The translations under genes and the position numbers were made by a program. DNA of 64,000 nt from Mobula hypostoma (Eukaryota), in assembly GCF_963921235.1 (NCBI RefSeq), contig NC_086097.1, positions 217,870,001 through 217,934,000 of the forward strand. The letters are read 5' to 3'. This document shows, one piece after another, positions 13,899 to 27,475 of the stretch. How positions within the stretch are numbered: position 1 is the first letter of the stretch; every line of letters starts with the position of its first letter. A model generated the notes under the pieces. That model saw only the letters and a list, made by a program, of their open reading frames with translations. It made no database searches and was not told where the DNA came from.

Positions 13899-13967
13899 GG
13901 CAGAGAGTCATAGAGGAGTACGGCAGAGAGTCATAGAGGAGTACAGTAGAGAGTCATAGAAGAGTAC
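13899..13967. repeat. Tandem repeat, 3 x 23 bp
   Basis: GGCAGAGAGTCATAGAGGAGTAC twice, plus a third imperfect copy. Confidence 0.9.
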
Positions 13968-15340
13968 AGCATAGAAACAGGCCCTTTGCCCAATCTAGTC
14001 CTTCCTGAACTATTTAAGATGCTTCCTCCCATCGGCCTGCAGTGGGACCATAGCCCTCCATAACCCTTCCATCACTTACTTCTCTTAAACGTTGAAATTG
14101 AGCTCACATGCACCACCTGCGCTGGCAGCTTGCACTCTCACGACACTGAGAAGGTTTCCCTCATGTTTCCCTTAACTTTTCACCTTTCATGCTTAACCCA
14201 AGACCTCTAGTTGTAGTCCCACCCAACCCTTGTGGAACAAAGCCTGCTTGCATTTACCCTATTTATACCCCTCAATTTTGTATAGCTCTATCAAATCTCA
14301 CCTCAATCTTCTATGTTCCAAGGAATAAAGTCCTAACCTATTCATTCTTTCCTGGTAACTCAGGACCTCCAGTCCTGGAAACAGACTTTTTTTCCTGTTT
14401 GTTACGATTTTTTTCTGTACTCTTTCAACCTTATTTACATCTTTCCTGTAAGTGGTAACCAAAACTACACAAGATACTCCAAATTAGGCCTCACCAACGT
14501 CTTATAAAATTAAAAATACGACATCCCAAATCCTATACTCGATACACTGATTTATGAAGGCTAATATGCCAAAAGCTTTCTTTACGTCCCTATCTACCTG
14601 TGCTGCCACTTTCAATGAATTATGGACCTGTATTCCCAGAACCCTTTGTTCTCCTGCACTTCTCAGTGTCCTGCCATTCACCGTGTAAGACCTACCCTGG
14701 TGGTCCTACCAAAGCACAACACCTCACACTTATCTGCATTAAATTCTATCTGATATTTTTCAGCTGGTCCAGATCCCATTGCAAGCCATGATAGCCTTCT
14801 TTACTGTCCATTACACACCCATTCTTGGTGTCATCCACAAATTTGCTGATCTAGTTAACCACATTATCATCCAGATCATTGACATAGATGACAAACCATG
14901 GAGACAGTACAGATCCCTGCGGCACTCCCCCAGTCACAGGCATCCAGTCAGAGGGAACCATCTACAAACACTTCCTGCGTTCTCCCGCAAAGCCAATGTC
15001 CAATCCAATTTGCTACCTCATCTTGAATGCCGAGTGACTAAACCTTCTTGACCAACCTCCTATGCGGGTCCTTGTCAAATGCCTTGTGAAAGTCCATGTA
15101 GACAACATCCACTGCCTTGCCTCCATCAACTTTCCTGGTAACTTCCTCAAAAAACTCTAAGATTGGTTAGACACGACCTGCCATGCACAAAGCCATGCTG
15201 ACTATTCCCAATCGCTCTGTGTCTATCCAAATACTCATATATCCAGTCCCTTAAAATACCTTCCAATAACTTTCCCACTACTGATGTCAGGCTCAACGGC
15301 CTATAATTTCCTTCTTTATTTTTAAAGCCTTTTTTTAAAC
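13899..15340 (-). mobile_element. CR1 LINE 3' fragment with triplicated terminal 23-mer
   Basis: Reverse-strand RT homologous to 48251-52144; three copies of a 23-mer at the 3' tip. Confidence 0.88.
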
Positions 15341-15532
15341 AGCAACCCTCCAGTACCTCAGCTGTAGCTAATCTTCCTGTTGTTATATCTAAGAATTAAT
15401 AATTGGAAATAAACATTGTATACAGTACTCATGTTTTAAACAAAGCTTTTGAGCTAGATTTAAAAACAGTTAATTTAGTATAAAGTGCTTTTTAAACTAC
15501 ATCAGTTGAGAAAGTGGAAAAATCTAATGTTA

Positions 15533-15919
<387 letters not shown>

Positions 15920-16849
15920 CTACATTTCCGGTCACAGACACTTTGTCAGTCATCATGAAGGACCTATTCAGGATTTTTTAAAAATCATCTTTTTTTCCTC
16001 CAATTTGTTAATATGGAATACAGTTCCTCTTTCTTGTGATTCCTACACTAGCCTTAATAGCAGATTTTAAAAATACAAAAGTGTCAGAAAAATTAAATTA
16101 AAATATATAAAAATCAATATTCTTGTATTTTAAAAAATGATCAATGCCAAAATAAAGGCCACAAAAAGGAGTAACTACATTTTGCCTTACGTTCTGCTTC
16201 AGAAAATGAGAACATAATTAGCCGACACGCACAGTGAGGTGACTGTTGGTCATCTTCGATATACTGTCTACCATCTCAGGAAGTGCATTACAGAAGCAGC
16301 CATCCTCTGGCCAGCAGAAGAAATTTCCTAAGATCCAACATACCCCTCCTCACCTTAAACCTATGTTGTCTCTATTTTGGAGCAAAGTTTGTCACCATCT
16401 AACCGCGACATGATCCCTCGTAACTTCGTACTTCTCAGGATCCTCTGCTTCAATGAAAACAAACCAAGCCGATCTAGTCTCTTCTTAAAACTGAACCTTC
16501 CATTCCAGGTAAATCTCCACTGCACGCTCTCCAGTTCAATCACATCCTTATAGTGTGGCAATCAAAACACCACACAGTAATCTGGCTGGGATCTAATGTT
16601 TCATTATATTGTCCAATGACCTCCTTACTCTAATATTCTAGGCTTCAGTTAAATAAAAGTCAGCATCCCATAAGCTTTCTTCAACACCTACTACCTTTCA
16701 TAGATTAATGAACTAACATATCAAGATCCATTTGTTCCATCATATTCTTTAGGTTATTCAAGTAGTATCCTTGAACCAACTATCAACAACTATTTCATCA
16801 AAGGCTTGGCTTGCATAAAGTCAGGATTGATTAGCAAGAACAAATTAAA

Positions 16850-19800
16850 ATAAGGCAGGGGCAAGCGAAGTGGCCATTGTTAGAGCGGCCATGGTTGAAT
16901 GGGCAGTGTTAGATTGGGGATTTTGAAGGCTTTAGCTGCTCAGGGCTTCAGTGAGAGAAAGCAAAGCTGTAGGTCGATATTTTTTCTCCACAGTTTATTT
17001 ATTGTTTTCCTTCTTTGTATTTGCTCAGTTAGAACAGTATGGATGGTAGGCAGGATAGTTGAATGCTTCCCTGGAATGAAATGAACTCCGGATCTTCGGG
17101 AAGCTGAGTGGGCAATAGATAGGATATATAGAAAGGTAGTTATATCCCACAGGAAACTGGGTGACAGTCAGGAATGGGAAAGGGTAAGGGTGTTAAACAG
17201 CCAGTTCAGAACCCTTGGCCAACACCCTCCAGTTATACCACTTTGGATACTATGGGGGTGGGGGCTGGGAAATGACCTAGCAGAGGAAAATCACAACAGT
17301 CAGGTCTCTGGAACTGAGGGGGAGGGGGAGGGGGAGAGAAGAGGCAAGCCATAATGATAGAGGATTCATGAGTTAGGGGAACAAAAAGGAGGTTCTGTGG
17401 ATGAGAATGTAATTCCCAGATGATACATTGCCTCCTGGATGCCAGGGTCTGGGATATCTCAGATCACGTCCTCAGCATACTAAAGTGGGAGGATGAACAG
17501 CCAGAGTTGTGGTCTGTGGTCCATGTAGGTACCAATGTCATAAGTAGGAAGAGTGATGATGTTCTGCAAAGTGATTTCTGGGAGTTAGGTGCCAAGTTAA
17601 AGGGAAGGACCTCCAGGGTTGTGATCTCAAGGTTGCTACCCACAGTGATGCAATAAGATTACACAGTTTAAACATGTGGATAATGAGTTGGAGTGGGAGG
17701 GAGAGCAGAAGATTTTTGGATGACTAGGCTCTCTTCCAGGGAACGTGGGACTAATATCCTAGTGGGAAGGTTTGCTGGTGCTCAATGGGAGGCTTAAACT
17801 AGAGTTAAGGGGGATAGGAATCAAGAGTGCCATAATCAATAGTGGAGAGGTTCTGGAAACAAATATTGTTAAGACCTCAGACAAAGTCAGGAATCAAAAA
17901 GGTTGAGCCTAAAACAACTAATGTCCTGAGCTGTGTATATTTTAATGCAAGTAGTCTTGTAGGAAAGGCAGATGAGGTCAGGTCATGGACAACACCTGGA
18001 ATAATGATAATGTAGCCATTAGTGAGACTTGGTTGCAGGAGGGGCAGGACTGCCATCTCTATATTCTGGGGTTCCGTTGTTTTAGATGCGACAGTGTGGG
18101 AGGGATTGAAGGAGGAGTGGTGGCATTACTAGTCAGGGAAAATGTCATGGATTAATGTCAGTCTGGACAGATGAAGAACACGTTATGGGTGGAACTGAGG
18201 AATACGAAAGGTATGACCATGTTAATGGCGCTATATTACAGACCATCCAATAGTCTGTGGGATTTAGAGGGAACAATTCATAGAAAGATCACAGACTGTT
18301 GGAAGAAAAACAAGGCCATTATAGTAGGAAATTTTAACTTTCTACAAGTTGACTGGGATTCCCATACTGTAAAAGGACTACATGGGATAGTTTGTCAAAT
18401 GTGTTCAGGAAAGTTTCCTTAATCAGTACATAGAAATCCCAACAAGAGAGTGCATAATACTTGATCTGCTATTGAGGAATGAGGCAGGGCAGGTGACAGA
18501 AGTTTGCGTAGGGGAACACTTTGCATCCAGTGATCATAATGCCAATAGTTTCCAAAGTAAATATGGAAAAAGATAGGTCTGAACCTTGGATTGAGATTCT
18601 AAATTGGAAAAAAGCCAGTTTTGCTGGTAACTGAAAGGATCTGGCAAGTGTGGATTAGGACAGGCTGTTTTTTTGACAAAACTGTAATTAGATAGTGGAA
18701 GGACTTCAAAAGTGAAATTTTGAGAGTACAAAGCTTGTATGTGCCTGTCAGAATAAAAAGTAAAGATAACAGGTTTAGGGAACCATGATTTTCAAGAGAT
18801 ATTGAGACCCAGGTTAAAGTAAAAAAAAGGTGCATAGCAAGTATGGGCAGGCAGGAACAAATGAGGTGCTTATGGAATACAAGAAATCAAAGAGAACACT
18901 TAAGAAAGAAATCAGGAGAGCAAAAAGAGGCATGAGGTTGCCCAAGCAGGCAAGGTGAAGTAGAATCGTAAGGGATTCTACAGATATGTTAAGAGCAAAA
19001 GGATTGCAATGGACAAAGTCAGTCCTCTGGAAGATCAGAATGGTACTCCATGCGTGGAGCCAAAAGAGATGGGGGAGATCTTCAACGGATTTTTTGCATC
19101 TGTATTTATTCAGAAGATAGGTACAGAGTCTATAGAAGTGAGGCAAAGCAGCAGTGAGGTCATGGGCCCTATACAGATTACAGAGGAGGAGAGATTTGCT
19201 GTCTTGAGGCAAATTAGGTGGGATAAATCTCCAGGGCCTGACCCTGTGGGAGGCAAGTGCAGAAATTACAGGGATCGTAACAGATATATTTTAATCATCC
19301 TTAGTGACAGGTGAGGTACCAGAGGATTGGAGGATAGCTAATGTTGTTTTGCTGTTTAAGAAAGGCTCTAAAAATAAACCAGGAAATTATCGGCCGATGA
19401 GCTGACATCAGTTGTGGGAAAGCCATTGGAAGGTATTCTAAGGGACAGAATATATGAGTATTTGGATAGAGATAGACTGATTACAGATAGTCAGCATTGC
19501 TTTATGCATGGTAGGTTGTGTCTAACCAATCCTATATAGTTTTTCAAGGAAGTTACCAGGAAAATTGATGAAAGCAAGGCAGTGGATGTTGTCTACTTAG
19601 ACTTCATTGAGGCATTTGACAAAGTCCCACGAGAGGTTGGTCGAGAAAGTTCCGTTACTTGATATTCAAGGTGAGGTAGTAAATTTGGATGAGACATTGG
19701 TTTTGTTGGAGAAGCCAGAGAGTGGTAGCAGATGTTTGCCTCTCTGACTGGAGACCTGTGACAAGTGAAGTGCTGTGGGGATCAGTGTTGTGTCCGTTGA

Positions 19801-20710
19801 TGTTTGTCGGCTCTATCAATGATCTGGATGATAATGTGGTTAACTGGATCTGCAGTTTTGAGGATGACACCAAGATGGGGCATGGACAGTGAAAAAGACT
19901 ATCGGAGCTTGCAGTGGGATCTGGACCAGCTGGAAAAAATGGGCTCAAAAATGGCAGGTGGAATTTAACACAGACAAGTGCGAGGTGTTGCACTTCACTA
20001 GGACCAACCAGGGTAGGTCTGACACAGAGAACAGTAGGGTACTGAGGAGTGTGGCAGAAGAAAACAATTTGGGATACAAATCCATAATTCATTTAAAGTG
20101 GCGTTACAGGTAGATAGGGTCATTACAAAAGCCTTGGCACATTGGCCTTCATAAATGAAGGTATTGAGTACAGGAGATGGGATGTTATGTTGAAGTTGTT
20201 TAAAATGTTGGTGAGGCCTAATTTGGAGTATTGTGTGAGGTTTTGGTCATCTACTTACAGGAAAGATGTAAACAAGGTTGAAAGAGTACACAGAATGTTT
20301 ACAAGGATGTTGCCAGGACTGGAGGACCTGAGTTGTAAGTTAAGATTGAATAGGCTAGGACTTTATTCCTTAGAACATAAAAGATTGAGGGGAGATTTGA
20401 TAGAGGTATTCAAAATTATGAGGGGTAGAGATAGGGTAAATGCAAGCAGACTTTTTCCACTCAGGTCAAGGGCTAAGGGTGAAAAGTGAAAAGTTTAAGG
20501 GGGAACTTCTTTACTCGGAGGATGGAGAGAGTGTGGAATGAGCTGCCAGCGCAAGAGGTGCACGTGAGCTCCATTTCAACATTTGAGAAGTTTGTATAGG
20601 TACATGGATGGTAGGGGCATGGAGGGCTATGGTCAATGGAAGTAGGCCGCTTAGATGGTTTGGCATGGACTAGATGGGTCGAAGGGTCTGTTTCTGTGCT
20701 GTGCTCTATG
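16850..20710 (+). mobile_element. Near full-length degenerate CR1 LINE
   Basis: Colinear with the 48010-52222 element (esterase VHVGTN, APE, RT, 3' tail) but with many stops and frameshifts. Confidence 0.92.
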
Positions 20711-21947
20711 TTGGGGGTGAATGGGGGAGGTGGGGAGAAAGAATCACTGATCATTATTCAGTTCTATTTGCAGCTCCTCAGTAGCACCTTACAATATTCA
20801 GACATGGGATGAAAGTTGGAAAGTAAAATTTGTGCTGTAAAAGTGGCAAGAAATGACCAAATCCCAACAGTGAATAAATAATTACAATGTATAGGAACAA
20901 AAATATCAAATTAAATTAAGACAGCTTATTCATGCGGGGCAGCATTTTATAAATTAAAACTAGCTGCACGGTGGATGGGCTGGCATTTCATCAAAATTCG
21001 GCTTGGTCCTGGGCAGTGCATCCAAAAACTGGTGAAGTGCTGGAAATATGAAATAAATAAATTAACTGCTAAGTCCTTTTTCAGGTTGCCTCAATTCTGG
21101 TCAGAGACTCGTCACCCAGTTTGCTATCAACCCCATGCTTGAAGATAGATCACTACACTTACATACTACACTCCTAAATTTCTCTCTCCTCCCTCCCCAC
21201 TTTATCAAAAACTACATATGTAATGCAGAAACATCTCCATTAATTTGCCCAAAGCTTGTTTTTATGAATCACCTAGGTACAAGTCAAGGAGCCAAAAGTA
21301 TAAATTTTAAAATTGTTTATCTCAGGATTCTGATATTAACAGCAGGTTTCTAAGATTCTTGACCAATAAACTTCAAACCAAAAGCAAGAACACAGGTACA
21401 CAGGTCATGCCAATACTAAATTGTTAAGGCTTACATATCTCTATTGTAGATCACCCAAAAAATTCAGGTTTAGTTATCAGTACAGATATTAAAAACCAAA
21501 TCTATTTTACCATTTTCTCAAGTTATTGAAAGGACTTACTTATATCCCATATATTTATTCCTGCCATCCACCTACAGTACCTCCGCCAGGTAGCTAAATA
21601 AATAGCTAATTGAATGAATATCAGAAGACTGAGCATTCATGTCACTCCTAAAACTGGGAACAAACATTCGACTCAGAAGAACATGACACTAAGGACTCAA
21701 TTGCCCACTTAAAATGTGCCTAATAGACCCTACGGCATTATGTTTAGGAAGAGATGTTATTCTCAAAATCTTGGCCAATACAGTTCAAAATTCTCCACTG
21801 ACAAGACTAAAGCAGGTAATTTCATAATCATTGCGGTATTTTTCTTTATCTTTTAAGACAGTATGACAACATAATAAAGCTCAGGCCTACTGCAGCTTCT
21901 CTGCGGATGTTCATACTATAAGCAATAAGTCAGGAATTCAGACGTAC

Positions 21948-22090
21948 TCTTTAGTCCAGGGTTTGGCTGCAAGGATCTCCTGTTGCTGCTTTTTGTCGTA
22001 TTTATAAATTTCATCGATACTCTGCACTTCCTGCATGTTGTTCGCTAGTTCCCAGGTTTTCTGCGCTACATTGCCACTCGCACCGGCCAT
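21948..22090 (-). CDS. COPS5: COP9 signalosome subunit 5 (CSN5/Jab1), coding exon 1
   Basis: Translates [47 protein letters not shown](D), recognisably the CSN5 N-terminus. 143 nt, followed by a GTACGT donor; phase 2 matches exon 2. Confidence 0.97.
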
Positions 22091-22300
22091 CTTCACTCAC
22101 CGTGGCCACGCCCCCCGACGCTCGTCGCTTTGAATATTAACTCGCACTGTGCTCGAGAGTCGCGCACCGGAACCACCGGGGCGGCCGCCCAGAGCGCCGC
22201 CTATCGGTGCGGGGGAGCAGGATCATTCGCAAACAAGGAACGCTCGCAACCTCAGCCCGCAACAGAACCTGAAAGTAACATCTTCTCGCTTTAGTTAAAC
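22091..22300 (-). promoter_or_regulatory. COPS5 5'UTR / CpG-rich promoter
   Basis: Local CpG enrichment directly upstream of the ATG. GC-box-like GGGGCGTGGC and GGGCGG, ETS-like CCGGAA, and YY1-like AAGATGGC overlapping the start codon. Confidence 0.75.
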
Positions 22301-23117
22301 TAACATAACATGGATTGAATGGATCCTTTAGAGTTGCTCAATGGCACAAATGAGGCAGTATCGCGGAACGGCAGGGCACATGAAGCTGTGACCGTTACTT
22401 TCTAGAATAAACGACACCATCGAAGTAGAAAATGCAGTAGTGTATTTATAATTCGGATTTCCTTTAACAAGAATTTGCTGGTGACACGAGGATCATTCTG
22501 ATTTGCCGATAAGATACAAAAGGTAAAAAGGCCTAAAAACTGCAAATGGTGTATAAAAGAGCATATTATTTCTATTAAATTACAAACTAAACCAGATCAT
22601 AATTGACAAGATTTCCTGTTTAACGTTATAAGTACAATGTCACAAATGCCTGAGAGATCTCAAATTCATCTTTATTCTTGTGACTTCAGTCACATAAAAG
22701 AAAGTAAAATTATTGCAATTTTTGCACAAGGCGTCAATTTACCTTTTTTGTAATCAATCATAAAATCTTAGCACCAATAAACAACACATTTCTGCAGTTC
22801 AAAAGCATGTTATAGCATTTCTACAGTTGCTGGAAATCCTAAGTAAAAACTAAAATGCTGTTAAAAGATAGGAAATGTGAGCTGGAGAACCAGAAAGCAA
22901 GAGATGTAACTGCTTTCACACATTGAGAGGAAAGGTGTTCGTTGGAGTTGAGAAAGAAAATCATTAAAGGTATATTAAAAGCAGGAGAGAATAAATCACA
23001 AAGGGAGACATGGTACAAAGCAAAAGGGGATTCAATGAAACAAGGGATGGCTTTATAAGAAGTGTAGCTGCTAACAATACCAAAAAGAAATAAATACAGA
23101 TAATAATAGATACAGTA

Positions 23118-24100
23118 ATGCTACCACCCACACTGGACCCCCAACAATTTGCCTACTGACACTACTGATTGGCAGATGACGCAATAGCCATAGCTCTACA
23201 CACCGTCCTTATACATCTGGAGAAGAAAGATGTTTGTGTGAGAATGCTGTTCTTGGACTACAGTTCAGTATTCAACACCATAATCCCCTCCTGGCTCGAC
23301 AAGAAGCTCAGAGACCTCGGCCTTCACCCTGCCTTGTGTAGCTGGATCCTGGGCTTCCTGTCAGATCACCAGCAGCTGGTAAGAGTGGGCTCCCTCACCT
23401 TTGCCCTCTGACATCAACACAGGTTCCCCTCAAGGGCTGTGTCCTAAGCCCCCTCCTTTATTCTCTGTATGACTGTGTTGTCACCTACAGCTCCAATCTG
23501 CTAATTAAATTTGCTGGCGACACTACACTGATTGGCCTAATCTCAAATAATAATGAGACAGCCTATAGAGAGGAAGTCATCACCCTGACACAGTGCTGTC
23601 AAGAAAACAACTCTCCCTCAGCATCGCAAAAACAAAGGAGCTTGTTGCGGACTACAGGAGGAATGGAGACAGGCTAACTCCTATAGACGTCAATGGATCT
23701 GGGGTTGAGAGGGTGAACAGCTTTAAGTTCCTCGGCATCCACATCACTGAGGATCTCACGTGGTCTGTACGTACCGGGTGTGAGGTGAAAAAGGCACAAC
23801 AGCACCTCTTTCACCTCAGACTTTGAAGAAGTTTGGTATGGCTCCCCAAATTCTAAGGACTTTCTACAGGGGCACGATTGAGAGCATACTGACTGGCAGC
23901 ATCACTGCCTGGCATGGGAACTGTACTTCCCTCAATCGCAGGACTCTGCAGAGAGTGGTGGGGACAGCCCAGCACATTTGTAGGTGTGAACTTCCCACTA
24001 TTCAGGGCATTTACAAAGACAGGTGTGTGAAAAGGGCTAGAAGGATCATTAGGGACCTGAGTCACTCCAACCACAAACTGTTCCAGCTGCTACCATCCAG
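23118..24100 (+). mobile_element. Rex1/Babar RT fragment
   Basis: DDAIAIALHTVLIHLE, VRMLFLDYSSVFNTIIP, KTKELVADYR, FKFLGIHITEDLTWS. Confidence 0.88.
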
Positions 24101-25600
24101 GGTGGCTAAAGGCAATGTTGGTCCCTTGGAAGACGAGAAGGGGAAATTGATATTGGGAAATAAGGAAATGGCTGAGGTATTGAACGACTATTTTGCGTCA
24201 GTCTTCACGGTGGAGGACACGTCTAATATGCCAAAGAATGATGTATTGGACAAAATGGGAGGTGAAGACCTCAATAAAATCACTGTCACTAAAGAGATAG
24301 TGATGAGCAAACTAGAGGGCTTGCAGGTAGATAAGTCCCCGGTCCTGATGAGATGCATCCCAGGGTGCTGAGGGAATTGGCAGAGGTTATAGTAGATGCG
24401 TTGGTAACCATTTACCAAAATTCTCTAGTCTCTGGGCAGGTCCTGGTGGATTGGAAGACAGCAAATACCACGCTACCTTTTAAAAAAGGATGTCACTAAA
24501 CCAGCCAGTTAGTTTAACATCTGTAGTCAGGAAAATGCTTGAAGCTGTCACTAAGGAAAAAATAGCGAAACATTTAGAAAAGAGTGGTTCCATTCGACAG
24601 ACGCAGCATGGATTCAGAAAGGGCAGGTCCTGTTTGACAAACTTACTGGAGTTCTTTGAGGACATAATGAGTGCAGTGGATAGAGGGGAACAGGTGGATG
24701 TTGCATACTTGGATTTCCAGAAGGTGTTCGAAAAGGTGCCGCATGAGAGACTTATAAATAAGATACGGATGCATGGAGTTGGAGGAAGTGTATTGGCATG
24801 GATAGTGGATTGGTTAACCAACAGAAGGCAGAGAGTTGATATAAATGGGTGTTTCTCCGGTTGGCAGTCGGTGGTGAGTGGGGTGCCGCAGGGGTCAGTG
24901 CTGGGCCCGCAGCTGTTTACCATTTACATTGATGATTTGGATGGGGAGACCGAGTGTAGTGGAGCAAAATTTGCTGATGGCACTAAACTGAGTGAAAAAG
25001 CAAATTGTACAGAGGATGTGGAGAGTCTGCAGAGGGTTATAGATAGGGTAAGTGAGTGGGCCAAGGTCTGTCAGATGGAATACAACATTGGTAAATGCGA
25101 GATCACCAACTTTGGAAGTAATAATAGAAAAGCAGATTATTATTTAAATGGTGAAAGATTGCAGCATGCTGTTGTGCAGAGGGACTTGGGAGTGCTTGTT
25201 CATGAGAGGGGATCATAGAAACATACAAAATTTTGAAAGGGATAGATAAGATAGAAGTAGGAAAGTTGTTTCCATCAGCAGGTGAGACTAGAACGAGGGG
25301 ACATTGCCTCAAGATTCAGGGGAGAAGATTTAGGACAGAGATGAGGAGAAACTGTTTTTCCCAGAGAGTGGTGAATCTGTGGAATTCTCTGCCCAGAGAA
25401 GCAGTTGAGGCTTCTTCACTAAATATATTTAAGATACAGTAAGATAGATTTTTGCATAGTAAGGGAATTAAAGGTTATGGGGAAAAGGCAGGTAGATGGA
25501 GCTGAGTTTACGGACAGATCAGCCATGATCTTATTGAATGGCGGGGCAGGCTCGATGGGCCAGATGGCCTACTCCTGCTCCTATTTCTTATGTTCTTATG
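24101..25600 (+). mobile_element. CR1 LINE 3' part with internal deletion
   Basis: QHGFRKGRSCLTNLLEFFE and GVPQGSVLGPQLFTIYIDD; (TTCTTATG)2 tail. Confidence 0.92.
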
Positions 25601-25857
25601 TAATTCTATATTTATAATGTATCTACAATGCTTTCTTTGAAACTACACACAAACTTCACACCTCCCGATTCTCACCCACACCACAGCCATTCAAGTGAAT
25701 TTTAATAAGCAATGTCTGGGCTGTGATTCGCAGCTTTTAGGAACCAATTGCTCAGAGCTGCATTTTAAATTAACTCTACAATTTACATTCAGATTTGAAG
25801 ATTGGTGACATAAATATGCTAAACCCAAAAATCGCTCTAACAGCCACCGCGTCATTT

Positions 25858-27475
25858 CAGAATCAAACTCAGAATCAGAATCAGGTTTATTATCACTGGC
25901 ATGTGTTGTGAAATTTGTTAACTTAGCAGCAGCAGTTTAATGCAATACATAATATAGATGATGACTAATAATAATAAATAAATAAGTAAATCAATTACAG
26001 GATACATATATTGAATAGATTAACAATTATGCAAATAACAGAAATAATATATATTTAAAAAGTGAAGTAGTGTTCACAGGTTCAATGTTTATTTAGGAAT
26101 TGGATGGCAGAGGGGAAGAAGCTGTTCCTAAATTGCTGAGTGTGTGCCTTCAGGCTTCTGTACCTCCTACCTGATGGTAACAGTGAGAAAAGGCGGGAGG
26201 AGAGAGAGCAGCGCACTGCGCATGCGCAGCCCTCCAGTGAAAAGTGATACCGTATCTGTTAAATAAGGGCTGTGGACAATTCTGATTTGATGGAGAATGG
26301 ACGTGAAAGCACAGAGGAACATCTGGAAAAATTTCTCAAACGCTTGCTCACTGCTGTCGTTACTGCGTGGTCGGGAATCTTTCGGAGGGTAGGCCTCAAA
26401 ATCCCCGGCTTTGCCTACTGTTGGCGACCGAGATTGAGGTCGAATCGTTCGGACAGAGATGGCGCTCAATACTCAGTGTCAGAGAGCTGATCAGAGCTGA
26501 AAGTTTTCGGATGACTCAGAGACGGATTGTGGTCGGGTGTGGTAGGGAGAGTTTTTCTTCCTTCTGCCGTCTGCGTGAGATGTGGGACATTTGAGAGACT
26601 TTGAACTTTTACTGTGCTCATGGACTTCTTCATCAAGTTATGGTATTGTTGCACTGTTGTAACTATATGTTATAATTATGGGGTTTTGTCAGTTTTTTCA
26701 GTCTTGGTCTGTCCTGTGTTTTGTGATATCACACCGGAGGAAATATTGTATCATTTCTTAATGCATGCATTACTAAATGACAATAAAAGAGGACTACGTG
26801 TCTTCATAATCTAATCTAAAAGGGTATGCCCTGGGTGCTGGAGGTCCTTAATAATGGACGCTGCCTTTCTGAGACACCGCTCCTTGAAAATGTCCTGGGT
26901 ACTTTGTAGGCTAGTGCCCAAGATGGAGCCAACTAAATTTACAACCCTTTGCAGCTACTTTCGGTCCTGTGCAGTAGCCCCCCCCCCCCACCCCCATACC
27001 AGGCAGTGATGCAGCCTGTCAGAATGCTCTCCACAGTCTATAGAAGGTTTTGGGTGTATTTGTTGACATACCAAATTGCTTCAAACGCCAAATGAAGTAT
27101 AGTTGCTCTCTTGCCTTCTTTATAACTGCATTGATATGTTGGGACCAGGTTAGATCCTCAGAGATCTTGACACCCAGGAACTTGAAACTGCTCACTCCTC
27201 TACTTCTGATCCCTCTATGAGTTCCTTTGTCTTACTCTTCCTGAAGTCCATAATCAGCTCTTTCATCTTACTGACGTTGAGTGCAAGGTTGTTGCTGTGA
27301 CACCACTCCACTAGTTGGCATATCTCACTTCTGTATGCTCACTCGTCTCCATCTGAGATCCTACTGACAATGTTTGTATCATCAGCAAATGTATAGATGG
27401 TATTTGAGCTGTGCCTAGCCACAGAGTCATGGGTATAGAGAGAGTAGAGCAGTTGGCTAAGCACACACCCCCGAG
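25858..27475 (-). mobile_element. Rex1/Babar-type 3' fragment, interrupted by the 625-bp element
   Basis: (GATTCT)n tail at about 25860-25884; reverse-strand FADDT, KMKELIMDFRK and FKFLGV motifs. Confidence 0.82.
26192..26817 (+). mobile_element. ~625-bp non-autonomous retroelement, copy 1
   Basis: Close second copy at 28742-29366; AATAAA plus (AATCT)n tail; short AAAA(GG) duplication; the host sequence resumes on both sides. Confidence 0.85.

Noticed and set aside
13899..13967. CRISPR-like repeat array
   Set aside because: The repeats are contiguous with no spacers, lie at a LINE tail, and the DNA is eukaryotic.
23823..24371. 182-aa ORF as a novel chimeric protein
   Set aside because: Chance in-frame junction of a Rex fragment and a CR1 fragment at about 24100.
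26614..26814. Small hydrophobic ORF conserved in two copies
   Set aside because: The conservation reflects recent copying of the element; TG-rich 3'UTR composition explains the hydrophobicity.
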